In this document: positions 10,197 to 19,486 of the stretch, one piece after another
How the letters are laid out: every line of letters begins with the position of its first letter
Numbering within the stretch: the stretch's first letter is position 1
Source: an archaeon
GTDB taxonomy: Archaea; AGJL01; Methanococci; Methanococcales; Methanocaldococcaceae
Length of the DNA: 58,410 bases
Assembly: GCA_024278985.1 (NCBI GenBank)
Contig: JAJRSC010000016.1
Coordinates: 1 to 58,410, forward strand
Reading direction: 5' to 3'
The notes under the pieces: model-generated
Database searches by the model: none
Seen by the model: only the letters and a program-made list of their open reading frames with translations
Told to the model about the DNA's origin: nothing
Made by a program: the position numbers and the translations under genes

Positions 10197-10982
10197 GTGA
10201 TCAAATTGGAGGATGTTTTAAAAATGGATGATTGGAGAGCATATAAAATTTCCCATACTGTTGAAATTAATGGAGATATTGAAAAAACAAAAACCTTAAT
10301 AATAGAGTTTGAAAAAAGAAGAAAAGTTTTATCAACAAGAGAAGGTTTTAAGATAGTTAAATATGTTGGTAACCATTCAATCCCTGTACTATTTTGGGAT
10401 AAGGTTCATAATTATAAGGATTATGAAGACCATGTCTTAAAGAAAATTGGAATTAAAAAAGAGGATATTGCTTTATTATCAACTGGAGCTGATATGGATA
10501 ATTTAGCAGTTGCTAAAGAAGAATTTGATGAGTTTTATACAATTGCTTTTACAACTGCAGGAGCAAAGTATAATGCTGTTAGATTAGGAGATGAAGAAAC
10601 AGATTATATTGAAAAGGATTTCAAAACATACAAAATTGAAAATGGAAAATTAATTCCTAAAGAAGAAGTAGGAACAGTTAATATTATTTTAATAACTAAT
10701 GCAAACTTAACTGATGGAGCAATGGCAAGAGCAATTATAACTATAACTGAGGCAAAAACAAATGCTTTTCAAGAGTTGGATATAAGAAGTACTAAACATC
10801 CAGAACTTCAAGCTACAGGGACAGGAACTGATAATATTATTATTGTTAAAGGTTTTGGTAGATGTGTTAATTATACTGGAGGACATACAAAGATTGGTGA
10901 AATGATAGCGAAATGTGTTAAAAAATCCGTTATAGAGGCATTAATAAAGCAAGACAATATAAAAATTAATAAAAATTTTTAA
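10197..10982 (+). CDS. cbiZ: Adenosylcobinamide amidohydrolase (corrinoid salvage)
   Basis: LLSTGADMDN, TTAGAKYNA, GTVNIIL, AIITITEAKT, ATGTGTD, GGHTKIGE. Confidence 0.88.
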   Translation: MIKLEDVLKMDDWRAYKISHTVEINGDIEKTKTLIIEFEKRRKVLSTREGFKIVKYVGNHSIPVLFWDKVHNYKDYEDHVLKKIGIKKEDIALLSTGADMDNLAVAKEEFDEFYTIAFTTAGAKYNAVRLGDEETDYIEKDFKTYKIENGKLIPKEEVGTVNIILITNANLTDGAMARAIITITEAKTNAFQELDIRSTKHPELQATGTGTDNIIIVKGFGRCVNYTGGHTKIGEMIAKCVKKSVIEALIKQDNIKINKNF

Positions 10983-11079
10983 TTAAATAATAATGTAATA
11001 TAGCAAATATTTAAGTGATAAAATATAATTATAAAAATTATTAAGTAAGTTTATCATTTTATTCATTATGTATTAAGAT

Positions 11080-11110
11080 AAAAAATAGTAAATAATATAT
11101 ACTATTTTTT
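11080..11110. promoter_or_regulatory. Inverted repeat upstream of the cohesin operon (possible operator)
   Basis: aaaaaatagta-N9-tactatttttt; AT-rich, so it may be chance. Confidence 0.3.
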
Positions 11111-11175
11111 TAATTATTTTTAAGTTATAATAAATATTTTTAATAATAATAAAATAACATTTAATAGGGGTAAGT

Positions 11176-11712
11176 ATGAAAAAAAAATTAATTCTATTGT
11201 TAGTTCTTATGTTTCAAATATGTTTTGCAGTTGATATATCAGTAAATGCTCCTTCAAAAGTTCAGCAAGGAGAAATTTTTACATTAGAAGTTTATGCTAA
11301 AAATGTATCAAATTGTGGAGGATTTGAATGTGATTTATATGTTTCAAATAATTTAAAAATATTAAATGTTACATCCTACAATGTTGGAGCAGATTACAAT
11401 TTAACAATAAATAAAAATAGTTTTGCAGCAATACAGTATGCTTTTTTGACAAATCCAAAGAATGAGGACTTTAAAGTTGGAGAATTTAAAATAAAAGCTC
11501 TAAAGAGTGGCAATGCAACAATAGTAGTTAAAGCTGTTGCCTCAGATAGTGAAGGAAATGCAATTAAAATTCCAGAGAAAGTTATAAATCTTAAAGTTGA
11601 AAGTAATCAAGTAAATGAAGAAAAAAAAGAAACAGGTTTTTCTTTTAATATTGTAGTGGTTATATTTGCAATTATTTTAGTTGGTATATTGATATATATG
11701 ATTAGAAAGTGA
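11176..11712 (+). CDS. Single-cohesin protein with signal peptide and C-terminal membrane anchor
   Basis: QGEIFTLEVYAKNVSNCGGFECDLY..VGEFKIKALKSGNATIVV..ASDSEG; C-terminal hydrophobic helix plus RK tail. Confidence 0.8.
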   Translation: MKKKLILLLVLMFQICFAVDISVNAPSKVQQGEIFTLEVYAKNVSNCGGFECDLYVSNNLKILNVTSYNVGADYNLTINKNSFAAIQYAFLTNPKNEDFKVGEFKIKALKSGNATIVVKAVASDSEGNAIKIPEKVINLKVESNQVNEEKKETGFSFNIVVVIFAIILVGILIYMIRK

Positions 11713-11718
11713 TTAACT

Positions 11719-12555
11719 ATGTATAGATATATAATTTATTTTTTAATTCCAATGTTTATATTGTTAAATGTTGTTTATAGTGAAGATATCTATGTTAGAT
11801 TAATTCCTGAAGAAGTAGTATCTGAAGGAAATATAATTAAATTTAATATATCTATTGAGAACATTCCAAAGGTCGGTGATATTAAATATTATGATGGGAC
11901 GGAGGATGGAGGTTGTAAAGGAGTTGATATTTATATTAACTATTCTCCTGATTATTTAAAACCTTATGGGTTTAACTGGAGTGATATTTGTAAAAATGAA
12001 AAAATAAAATCATACGAATTTAAAAATGGTACATTTGTATTAAGTATCTTATTTAATAAACCTATTGAAGAAAATTTCTACATTGGGGAAATTATGTTTA
12101 TTCCTACTAAAAAAGGTGAGACATATGTTAATATATCTGGAGTTATTAGTTCAGCTTTAGGAATAAAATATGATGGTATTCAAGACTATTATGATTATTA
12201 TACAAAAACATTTAAAAAGTATCCTAAAACCAAATTTTTTGGAGCAAAGGTTATTATAAAAGAAATTAATGAGACTAATTTAACAAATACAAGTTTAAAA
12301 CTAAGTGAAACTATAGAAGAGAAAAATTTTGAGAATATCAAATCAACATCAACTTCTAACATAATTAATAGAATCTATATAAATCCACAAGTAAGAAAAC
12401 CAGAAGTTATTGTTAAAGAAATAAATATAACTGAGTATAGGCCAATAGTAAAAATAATTGTAAATAAAAAAAATGATTATGACATATCAAATTTATTTTT
12501 TGGAATAATTTTAGGAATTATATTTGGATTTATTTTTTCAAAATTTAAGAAATAA
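11719..12555 (+). CDS. Cohesin-like surface protein with C-terminal membrane anchor
   Basis: FNISIENIP..GGCKGVDIYINYSPDYL..IGEIMFIPTKKGETYVNISG; S/T-rich linker; TM helix plus KFKK tail. Confidence 0.7.
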   Translation: MYRYIIYFLIPMFILLNVVYSEDIYVRLIPEEVVSEGNIIKFNISIENIPKVGDIKYYDGTEDGGCKGVDIYINYSPDYLKPYGFNWSDICKNEKIKSYEFKNGTFVLSILFNKPIEENFYIGEIMFIPTKKGETYVNISGVISSALGIKYDGIQDYYDYYTKTFKKYPKTKFFGAKVIIKEINETNLTNTSLKLSETIEEKNFENIKSTSTSNIINRIYINPQVRKPEVIVKEINITEYRPIVKIIVNKKNDYDISNLFFGIILGIIFGFIFSKFKK

Positions 12556-12570
12556 AATTAGGGATAATTA

Positions 12571-14604
12571 ATGAAATTAAAGATAAAAGTAAAGATTTTA
12601 ATATTAATTTTATTTTTAGTATTACAAATAAATTTTGGAATTAATGTTTTATTAATTCCCAATAATATCAGTGTAAAAGAATATGATTCTTTTAATATAA
12701 CATTAATTGTAAATACTAACGAACAATTAGGAGGATTTGAGGATATTATTTATATTCCTGATGGGTTAAATATAACTAAAGATGATATCATTTTAAGTGA
12801 TACTGCTAATAGTGCAAATCTTAAGGATGTCTCTATAGAAAATGGTAAAATAGATATTAGTTTAGTATGGTTTAATAATTATCCATCTGGAAACTTTACT
12901 ATTGCAACACTTAAATTTAAAACATTAAATAATGGGACATATAAAATAATTCAAAGTCCTACTTTATCAGATACAAATGGTAATGAAATAAAAAATGTAT
13001 CCTATAATTCAGTTGTAGTAAATATTATTGGGTTAAATTCAACTATTGTAGATATAATTCCTATAAATCCAACAATAAATAATAGTTTTGATGTTCTTGT
13101 TTCAATAAAAAATGCAAAAGAAAATATTTACAATATTAGTGGAAGTATCTACTATCCAAATTTAAAAATTGTAAATTTAGATTTTTATTATTTTGAGGAT
13201 AATATTACTAATGTTAATTTGTGGTATAATAATGATAGTTTAAGTTTTTTTGTTAAATTAAATACCTCAAAAGATATATTTAACTTAATGAAATTAACAT
13301 TTTTTACAAGTAAAGAAGGTAGTTATATTATTAACGCAACTATAAAAATAAATGGAAAAAATGTAATTGTAAATCCTGCATGTTTTACACTTGGAAATAT
13401 AACTGTTGAAAAATATGTAGGTTTTCCAATAAACGAAAAAAATATTTCTTATGGAGATAGTGGATTTATATATATTAAGGCAGAAAATATTGATTCGAAT
13501 ATATCAGAAATTAGAGGGAATATATCATATAACTCAACATTATTGAATGTTAGTGATATATCTACAAGTTTACAAACTCTTGAAAAAAATTTGTCTATTA
13601 AAAATAATACTATTAATTTTTATATTAAAATAAATGGAAGTGTAAGTAATAATTTTAATATATTATCTTTTTGGATAAGACCACTTATAAATAGGAATAT
13701 AACAACAGAACTTAAGATTTTAAATATATCTTTATTAGATATAAATGGAAGTAATGTAAATGTTCCAGTAAAGGATAGTTTAATTATCCATATAATTCCC
13801 AAAAATCTTACAGAAAATATTTCAAATATAAATAATACACCACCAAAGGTATATTTCGTATTTGAAGTTATTGACGATTATACTGTGAAATTTTATTCTT
13901 TATGTTATGATAAAGAAAATAATACTCTGTACTATTATTGGAATTTTGGAGATAACACTACATCAACAGATATAAATCCAACTCATACATATAAAAAAGA
14001 TGGACTTTATATTGTTAAGTTATATGTTAATGACTCATTTGGAGCTATTGGATATGATGAATGTTTAATTAATATAAAAAAATTAAATCCAATAAATATT
14101 ACACTTAGCAACACTACAATATATCCAACTAATCATAACATAACAATATATTGTAATATAACTTTAAAAAATCCTTTTTCTAAAAGGATTTATGGAGATA
14201 TTCAGTTTTTAGATTATGCTAATTATAAACCAAACAAAACATGTATAACTTTTGAATTATTACCTAATGAAACAAAAGTATTTTCAGTTCCTATAAATAT
14301 CTCAGGTCCTACAGAGATAAAGGGATATGTTGAATATTATATTCCAAATAAAAGAGTAATTAAATATGTTTGGAATTTTAAAAAAGATATTAATGTCTTA
14401 AAGATAAATAAGATAAGTTATAGAGATTACTATTATAATATTTCACTTAACCAATCAAAAGTTATTATAAAAATTAATAAAATTTTAAAAAATTATACTA
14501 TTACAAAAAATATAGATATTGAAAATAATAATCTAAGTATTTTAATGTATTTAATAGGGTTTTTAATTGGCTTTTTAATAATTTATAAAAAGAAAAAATT
14601 TTAA
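12571..14604 (+). CDS. Multi-cohesin plus PKD-domain surface protein with C-terminal membrane anchor
   Basis: About three cohesin-like units (LGGFEDIIY..TIATLKFK; ISGSIYY..LMKLTF; IRGNISYNSTLL..ILSFWIRP), PKD motif YYWNFGDNTTSTDINPTHTYKKDGLYIVKLYV, TM helix plus KKKKF. Confidence 0.82.
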   Translation: MKLKIKVKILILILFLVLQINFGINVLLIPNNISVKEYDSFNITLIVNTNEQLGGFEDIIYIPDGLNITKDDIILSDTANSANLKDVSIENGKIDISLVWFNNYPSGNFTIATLKFKTLNNGTYKIIQSPTLSDTNGNEIKNVSYNSVVVNIIGLNSTIVDIIPINPTINNSFDVLVSIKNAKENIYNISGSIYYPNLKIVNLDFYYFEDNITNVNLWYNNDSLSFFVKLNTSKDIFNLMKLTFFTSKEGSYIINATIKINGKNVIVNPACFTLGNITVEKYVGFPINEKNISYGDSGFIYIKAENIDSNISEIRGNISYNSTLLNVSDISTSLQTLEKNLSIKNNTINFYIKINGSVSNNFNILSFWIRPLINRNITTELKILNISLLDINGSNVNVPVKDSLIIHIIPKNLTENISNINNTPPKVYFVFEVIDDYTVKFYSLCYDKENNTLYYYWNFGDNTTSTDINPTHTYKKDGLYIVKLYVNDSFGAIGYDECLINIKKLNPINITLSNTTIYPTNHNITIYCNITLKNPFSKRIYGDIQFLDYANYKPNKTCITFELLPNETKVFSVPINISGPTEIKGYVEYYIPNKRVIKYVWNFKKDINVLKINKISYRDYYYNISLNQSKVIIKINKILKNYTITKNIDIENNNLSILMYLIGFLIGFLIIYKKKKF

Positions 14605-14661
14605 TTAACTGACTTTTTCCACCATTTTTATTTTCATAATACTGATAATAATATTAATTAT

Positions 14662-14683
14662 CTGATAGTGTGAATCGAAATTA
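14662..14683 (+). mobile_element. Solo IS-end-like sequence matching the end of the IS relic at 48787-49095
   Basis: ctgatagtgtgaatcgaaatta is the reverse complement of 49074-49095 at 21 of 22 positions. Confidence 0.55.
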
Positions 14684-14773
14684 TAGATTATAAAACCAAA
14701 AAATAAAATAGCATCAAGATGAAATACGTAAATAAAAAACGATAATCAACATAATAATATGAGCAAAAATTTT

Positions 14774-15826
14774 TTATTTTTTATCTAAATTTTCTGAATA
14801 TATTGTCCATAATGCTATTAATGCTGCAGGTATTGCATGCTCTGTTGCAAAGGTCATTTTAGGGGATAAGTCTATAATATAATCTGCAAATCTAAATAAA
14901 CCCCTTGGTATTCCTTCTCTTGACCCACAGAAAATAATAATTTCTCTCTTACCCTTTAAATCTTTAGATAATTTATCTTTAATTTTCCCTAATTCTTCCC
15001 CTTTTGGGTCAGTTATTATTAATAATCTGTTTTTTCTTCTTTTATCTCTAATAACTTGATATAAATCCTGAACACTTACCTTAACCTTTCTAATATCAAA
15101 AGGATATGCTCTTTTTTGTATTTCATACCTTGAATTTTGTCCTATTTTAACACCTTTTATAAACTCCTCTAATTCATAAGCATCTACTTTTTCTTTTGGA
15201 GCAATTATCAACTCCTTAATTTCAAATGCTTGGGCACTTCTTCCAATAGCTTCCCCAAATTTTCTACAAACCTTTTTTTCTCCTAAATATGGAAGTTGAA
15301 CAACTATAACTCTCCTAAATAACTTTCTGGCATTCTCTTTTTCCTCAGAGTATTTTTTATTTTTAAACTCATCCTTTCCTTCAATGCAAATATATGCCTT
15401 ATCTTTAAAAATCTCCACATAAACAACCTTATCAGGATTATTTAAATCTACTTTAGCATTTGTTAAATCTTTTATCTTAGCCCCTAAAACCTTGTTTATA
15501 TCTATTGAATTATAGTCCTTTTCTCCTCTTTTTATTGTTTCAACTGCATATTTATCATTTTCATTAATATAATCTTTTATTTTTTCAGCCATATTAACAA
15601 TGGAATCAAAGTCAGCAGATGTTTCAAAATCTACCTTTAAAACTCTCTCAACTTCTGGGATACTTAATATTTTATCTCTTATATCTTTACTACTTTCAAC
15701 TATAACAACACCATGAAAACCATCTGGAGAAGGAATTGCTTTAAACTCATCTTTAACTAATGTTTTTAAATGATTTATAACTATATTTTCAAATCCCTTT
15801 TGTGTTTTTATTATAAACTTTATCAT
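14774..15826 (-). CDS. THUMP-domain plus SPOUT RNA methyltransferase
   Basis: THUMP (VDLNNPDKVVYVEIF); SPOUT knot motifs (ITDPKG, CGSREGIPRG, DLSPKMTFATE). Confidence 0.85.
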   Translation of the reverse strand: MIKFIIKTQKGFENIVINHLKTLVKDEFKAIPSPDGFHGVVIVESSKDIRDKILSIPEVERVLKVDFETSADFDSIVNMAEKIKDYINENDKYAVETIKRGEKDYNSIDINKVLGAKIKDLTNAKVDLNNPDKVVYVEIFKDKAYICIEGKDEFKNKKYSEEKENARKLFRRVIVVQLPYLGEKKVCRKFGEAIGRSAQAFEIKELIIAPKEKVDAYELEEFIKGVKIGQNSRYEIQKRAYPFDIRKVKVSVQDLYQVIRDKRRKNRLLIITDPKGEELGKIKDKLSKDLKGKREIIIFCGSREGIPRGLFRFADYIIDLSPKMTFATEHAIPAALIALWTIYSENLDKK

Positions 15827-16913
15827 CAATCTCACCATTTGCTGTTAGCATTAATATTAACACTACCAAAAAACCAAAATTTATACCAATTTCACAATAT
15901 CCTAATAATAAAGCAGAGTATATTGCATAAATTTTTCTATCTCCTTCATACAATATTTTAGATGCTAAGCCTATTAAAAAAGCTATAACCACTCCAAAAA
16001 GATTAAAATCCATATAGACTGTTCCAAACATTGTAGTTGTATAATTAACATTTTTATTAAATAATAACTCTCCTATTAATCTTTCACCATTAGGGGTAAA
16101 TAATATTTTACCATATGTTATAATCCCACTTTCAACTATTTTTTTAAAAACATATAAATCAAAATATGCTCTATAAGATAAAAATTCATAAAAATTTATC
16201 TTCCAATTTTGAGGAGAAAAATAAACAATAGTCCAACCCATAATATTAAGAACAATAAATAATAAGATAATATAAATAAAAAGATTTCTCTTAATTTTTT
16301 TATAGACAATATAACTAACAACTAACAATAATATTCCAACTTTATAACCCATAAGGGTTAAAAGTATAAATGATATTATAACCCTATATTTACTCTCTAA
16401 ACTACCATATATTAAACCACCCATAGATATTAATCTTAATGGTTCTGTATTAATGGCCATTCTTACATTGTAGTCAAAAAGAGGAATTGCATGATATTTA
16501 ATAATTAATAATATAAAGGACATTAAACCAATATAAAACATAAAATCTGTGAATATTTTTTTGTCCCTTAGTTTTTTATATAATTTAATAACTACAAATA
16601 AAAATATTAAATAAATCAAAGATAAAAATATTGAGTTTGTAGAATAATATGCCCCATAAAAAGAAAATATAAAAAGAAGTCCATATAAAATATATTTATT
16701 TATTTTAATATTTTTAATTATAAAAAAAGGTAAAGTAAAACTTAAAATAAAGATACTTACAATAATAAATAGTTTTAATATAGTTAAATATACTAACCTA
16801 TAATAATATGGGACTGCTAATAAAAATATTGCCAAATATCCAAAAATAACAATAATATAAGGAGAAAAAATATCTATTTCTTTAATTTTTTCCTTAATAA
16901 GATTATTAAACAT
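15789..16913 (-). CDS. Polytopic membrane protein, oligosaccharide repeat-unit polymerase (Wzy)-like
   Basis: About 10 TM helices; IPLF, LMGYK, TTTMFG..YMDF motifs; paralog of the neighbouring gene. Confidence 0.6.
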   Translation of the reverse strand: MFNNLIKEKIKEIDIFSPYIIVIFGYLAIFLLAVPYYYRLVYLTILKLFIIVSIFILSFTLPFFIIKNIKINKYILYGLLFIFSFYGAYYSTNSIFLSLIYLIFLFVVIKLYKKLRDKKIFTDFMFYIGLMSFILLIIKYHAIPLFDYNVRMAINTEPLRLISMGGLIYGSLESKYRVIISFILLTLMGYKVGILLLVVSYIVYKKIKRNLFIYIILLFIVLNIMGWTIVYFSPQNWKINFYEFLSYRAYFDLYVFKKIVESGIITYGKILFTPNGERLIGELLFNKNVNYTTTMFGTVYMDFNLFGVVIAFLIGLASKILYEGDRKIYAIYSALLLGYCEIGINFGFLVVLILMLTANGEIDDKVYNKNTKGI

Positions 16914-17890
16914 AGTATCATCCCAACAATATAGTAAAGAATAACATCAAAATCTAATATTCCACTTTCTATACCTACCAAAGTATAGCCCATTAATACA
17001 CAATACAATCCTAAATATACTCCTTTTAATTCTTTAGCCAATTTATAAAAATATCCTAAAAATATTCCTAAAATCCCAAAATATGATATTATTCCTATAG
17101 TTCCATAATCTGCTACAACAGCCCCAACACATGTTGGTGTTATTGAAACTCCACTAACTCCTAATAAATGAGCAATATAATTTCTTGGCCCTGGAGATAA
17201 ACCTAAATAAGAAAATATCCCTGCATATAAAAGATAACCATTTAATTGTCCATTGAAGTAGTTAAAAAGAATATCATAAACAGACATTGTTAAGGATATT
17301 CTTGATGTAATTGGATTTCCAGAGACACCTAAAACTAACAATCTGAGAAAAGATAACAATACTATTATCCCAAAAACTATAACAAAAAGGAGATATATCT
17401 CTTTCTTACTTAACTGATTTTTATAATATAATACAAAAATTGATGCTATTAATAAAACTAAAACTGTTGTTCTATATCCTAAAAGCATCACAAAAATAGA
17501 AAATATTATTGTGTATATAATAGCTTTCTTTTTCTCAATATTTGAAGATGCTAAAACTATTGGCCACCCAAGAATAAAAAATCTTGCTAAAACTGTTAAA
17601 TAAACGGATAAAAATTTTCTTGATAATGGATTAAATAGAGGGATATCTCTAACCCATAATAAATCCAATATTGTAGATATAAATCCTATAATCATTAAAA
17701 TTAATCCTATTTTATAATGTAAAGAATAATTAACCTTTAGTTCAACATTGTCATAAAGTTTTTTTCCAACATTATAAGATAGATAAAATATTATTCCTGC
17801 TAATAAAAAAAATATTCCTGAATAAAAAGATACATTTGAGAAAATAATATATATACATGTTAATATTAAAAATATTTGATTTAATTCCAT
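16874..17890 (-). CDS. Polytopic membrane protein, oligosaccharide repeat-unit polymerase (Wzy)-like
   Basis: DIPLF, LLGYRT, SITPTCVG..ADYG, IESGILD. Confidence 0.62.
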   Translation of the reverse strand: MELNQIFLILTCIYIIFSNVSFYSGIFFLLAGIIFYLSYNVGKKLYDNVELKVNYSLHYKIGLILMIIGFISTILDLLWVRDIPLFNPLSRKFLSVYLTVLARFFILGWPIVLASSNIEKKKAIIYTIIFSIFVMLLGYRTTVLVLLIASIFVLYYKNQLSKKEIYLLFVIVFGIIVLLSFLRLLVLGVSGNPITSRISLTMSVYDILFNYFNGQLNGYLLYAGIFSYLGLSPGPRNYIAHLLGVSGVSITPTCVGAVVADYGTIGIISYFGILGIFLGYFYKLAKELKGVYLGLYCVLMGYTLVGIESGILDFDVILYYIVGMILCLIILLRKKLKK

Positions 17891-17896
17891 AAAGTT

Positions 17897-18637
17897 TCAC
17901 AATGTTATAATTATCTCATTCTTAGAAATTTTAGGAATTTTATTAACAACTATATACATCTGAAGTTTTGAAGTAACTATTTTTTTTGGATTTAATAGAT
18001 AATCTAATTTTTTTAATGTATCTAAATAAATCTTATTTGATAGTATAACTCCCCCATCTACAAAATTTAAATATAATCCTAAATCTATATCTAACGAAAG
18101 ATTATTCTTTATAGCTACTATTTCAGTAGGGGTATATGTTTTACTATCCACTCCAATATCTCCACTTAAATAAACAGTGGTTATATTATATTCTTTATAT
18201 TAAGAAAGATAAGAATCTAATTTTTTATACAACTCAGTGAAATTTTTTGTTTTAATTGGGTTAAGATTTTTTAAAATAATGGCATTACCAACAGGAATTA
18301 AAATTATTTTTTCAGCTCTTATATCCTCCTTATAAGCTAATCTACCTCCTATAGTTACTGTTTCGTTATTGTATATTCCATATAACCTTCCACCAATGGC
18401 CTTATAAATTATAACAGTACCATTAAAATCTCTATTATGATATTTACCAACAACATAAGCCTTTAATGGAAATCCTTTATTCAATATTTGATTTGCTATC
18501 CAACTACATTTATATATTTCATCCCCACTAAATTCATATTTATCATTTTTTGGTTCAAAAAATTTATATGCCAATGCTACAGATGCAGTAATTATAGATA
18601 GAATAACTAAGATATCAATAAGCCCCAATTTTTTCAA
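17897..18637 (-). pseudogene. Membrane-anchored hypothetical protein split by an in-frame TAA (18200-18202)
   Basis: ORFs 18200..18637 and 17897..18151 share a frame, and the 16 codons between them are open (YKEYNITTVYLSGDIG). One 247-codon gene. Confidence 0.75.
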
Positions 18638-18643
18638 AGCTTT

Positions 18644-19486
18644 TCACCTATAAAGAATTCCATCAAAGACAATATGAGCATCTCCCTCAATATAAATATC
18701 ATTCTTATCCAATACCTCAACTAATAAATCTCCACCATCTAAATGAGCCAATACTTTATTTTTAGTTTTTCCTAAGTAGTAAGAGACAAATACTGATGCA
18801 CTTGCACCAGTACCACAGGCCATTGTATAGCCAACTCCTCTCTCCCAGGTTAATATTCTAATTTCTGAGTCATTCAATACCTTAACAAAATGAACATTTA
18901 TTCTGTTAGGGAAAAGTTCATGATTTTCAAGTTCTTTTCCTATTTCATTAAGATGCTGTCTTATATAATCTAAATCATCAACAAATATTATTAAATGAGG
19001 ATTTCCAACACTTAAAGCAGTACCTTTTACTTTATTTATATATGGATTTTTTAATAATATTTCTTCCTCTATAAACTCCTTATCATATCTTACAGGAATA
19101 TCTTCAGGTTTTAGAGATGCCTTACCCATATATACTCTAATTTTTTTAACTTTATCATTCTCAACTTTAAGCTCACATATTCTTAAACCAGCCTTAGTTT
19201 CAACATATAAAGGATTCTTTTTTAATACTCTTTCATATACATATTTAGCAAAGCATCTAATTCCATTTCCACACATTTCTGCCTCTGAGCCATCACTGTT
19301 AAAAATTCTAAATTTAACATCATATTTATCTGACTTTTGAATGAATATAACCCCATCAGCTCCAACAGAAAATTTTCTCCTACAAACATCTTTAGAAAAT
19401 TTTTCTTTATCATCAACTTTTATATTATCATATTCATTAACTACAACATAATCATTTCCTAAAGATTGCATTTTTGTAAATTCTAT
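18644..19486 (-). CDS. dapF: Diaminopimelate epimerase
   Basis: LGNDY, GADG, NSDGSEAEMCGNGIRC, SVGNPH, WERGVGYTMACGTGA. The conserved EFTKM lies upstream of the track ATG (19471) behind an ATA codon at 19486. Confidence 0.95.
   Translation of the reverse strand: MEFTKMQSLGNDYVVVNEYDNIKVDDKEKFSKDVCRRKFSVGADGVIFIQKSDKYDVKFRIFNSDGSEAEMCGNGIRCFAKYVYERVLKKNPLYVETKAGLRICELKVENDKVKKIRVYMGKASLKPEDIPVRYDKEFIEEEILLKNPYINKVKGTALSVGNPHLIIFVDDLDYIRQHLNEIGKELENHELFPNRINVHFVKVLNDSEIRILTWERGVGYTMACGTGASASVFVSYYLGKTKNKVLAHLDGGDLLVEVLDKNDIYIEGDAHIVFDGILYR

Noticed and set aside
1-14604. A true polysaccharide-degrading cellulosome
   Set aside because: No glycoside hydrolase or carbohydrate-binding module recognised; the only dockerin cargo is a binding protein.
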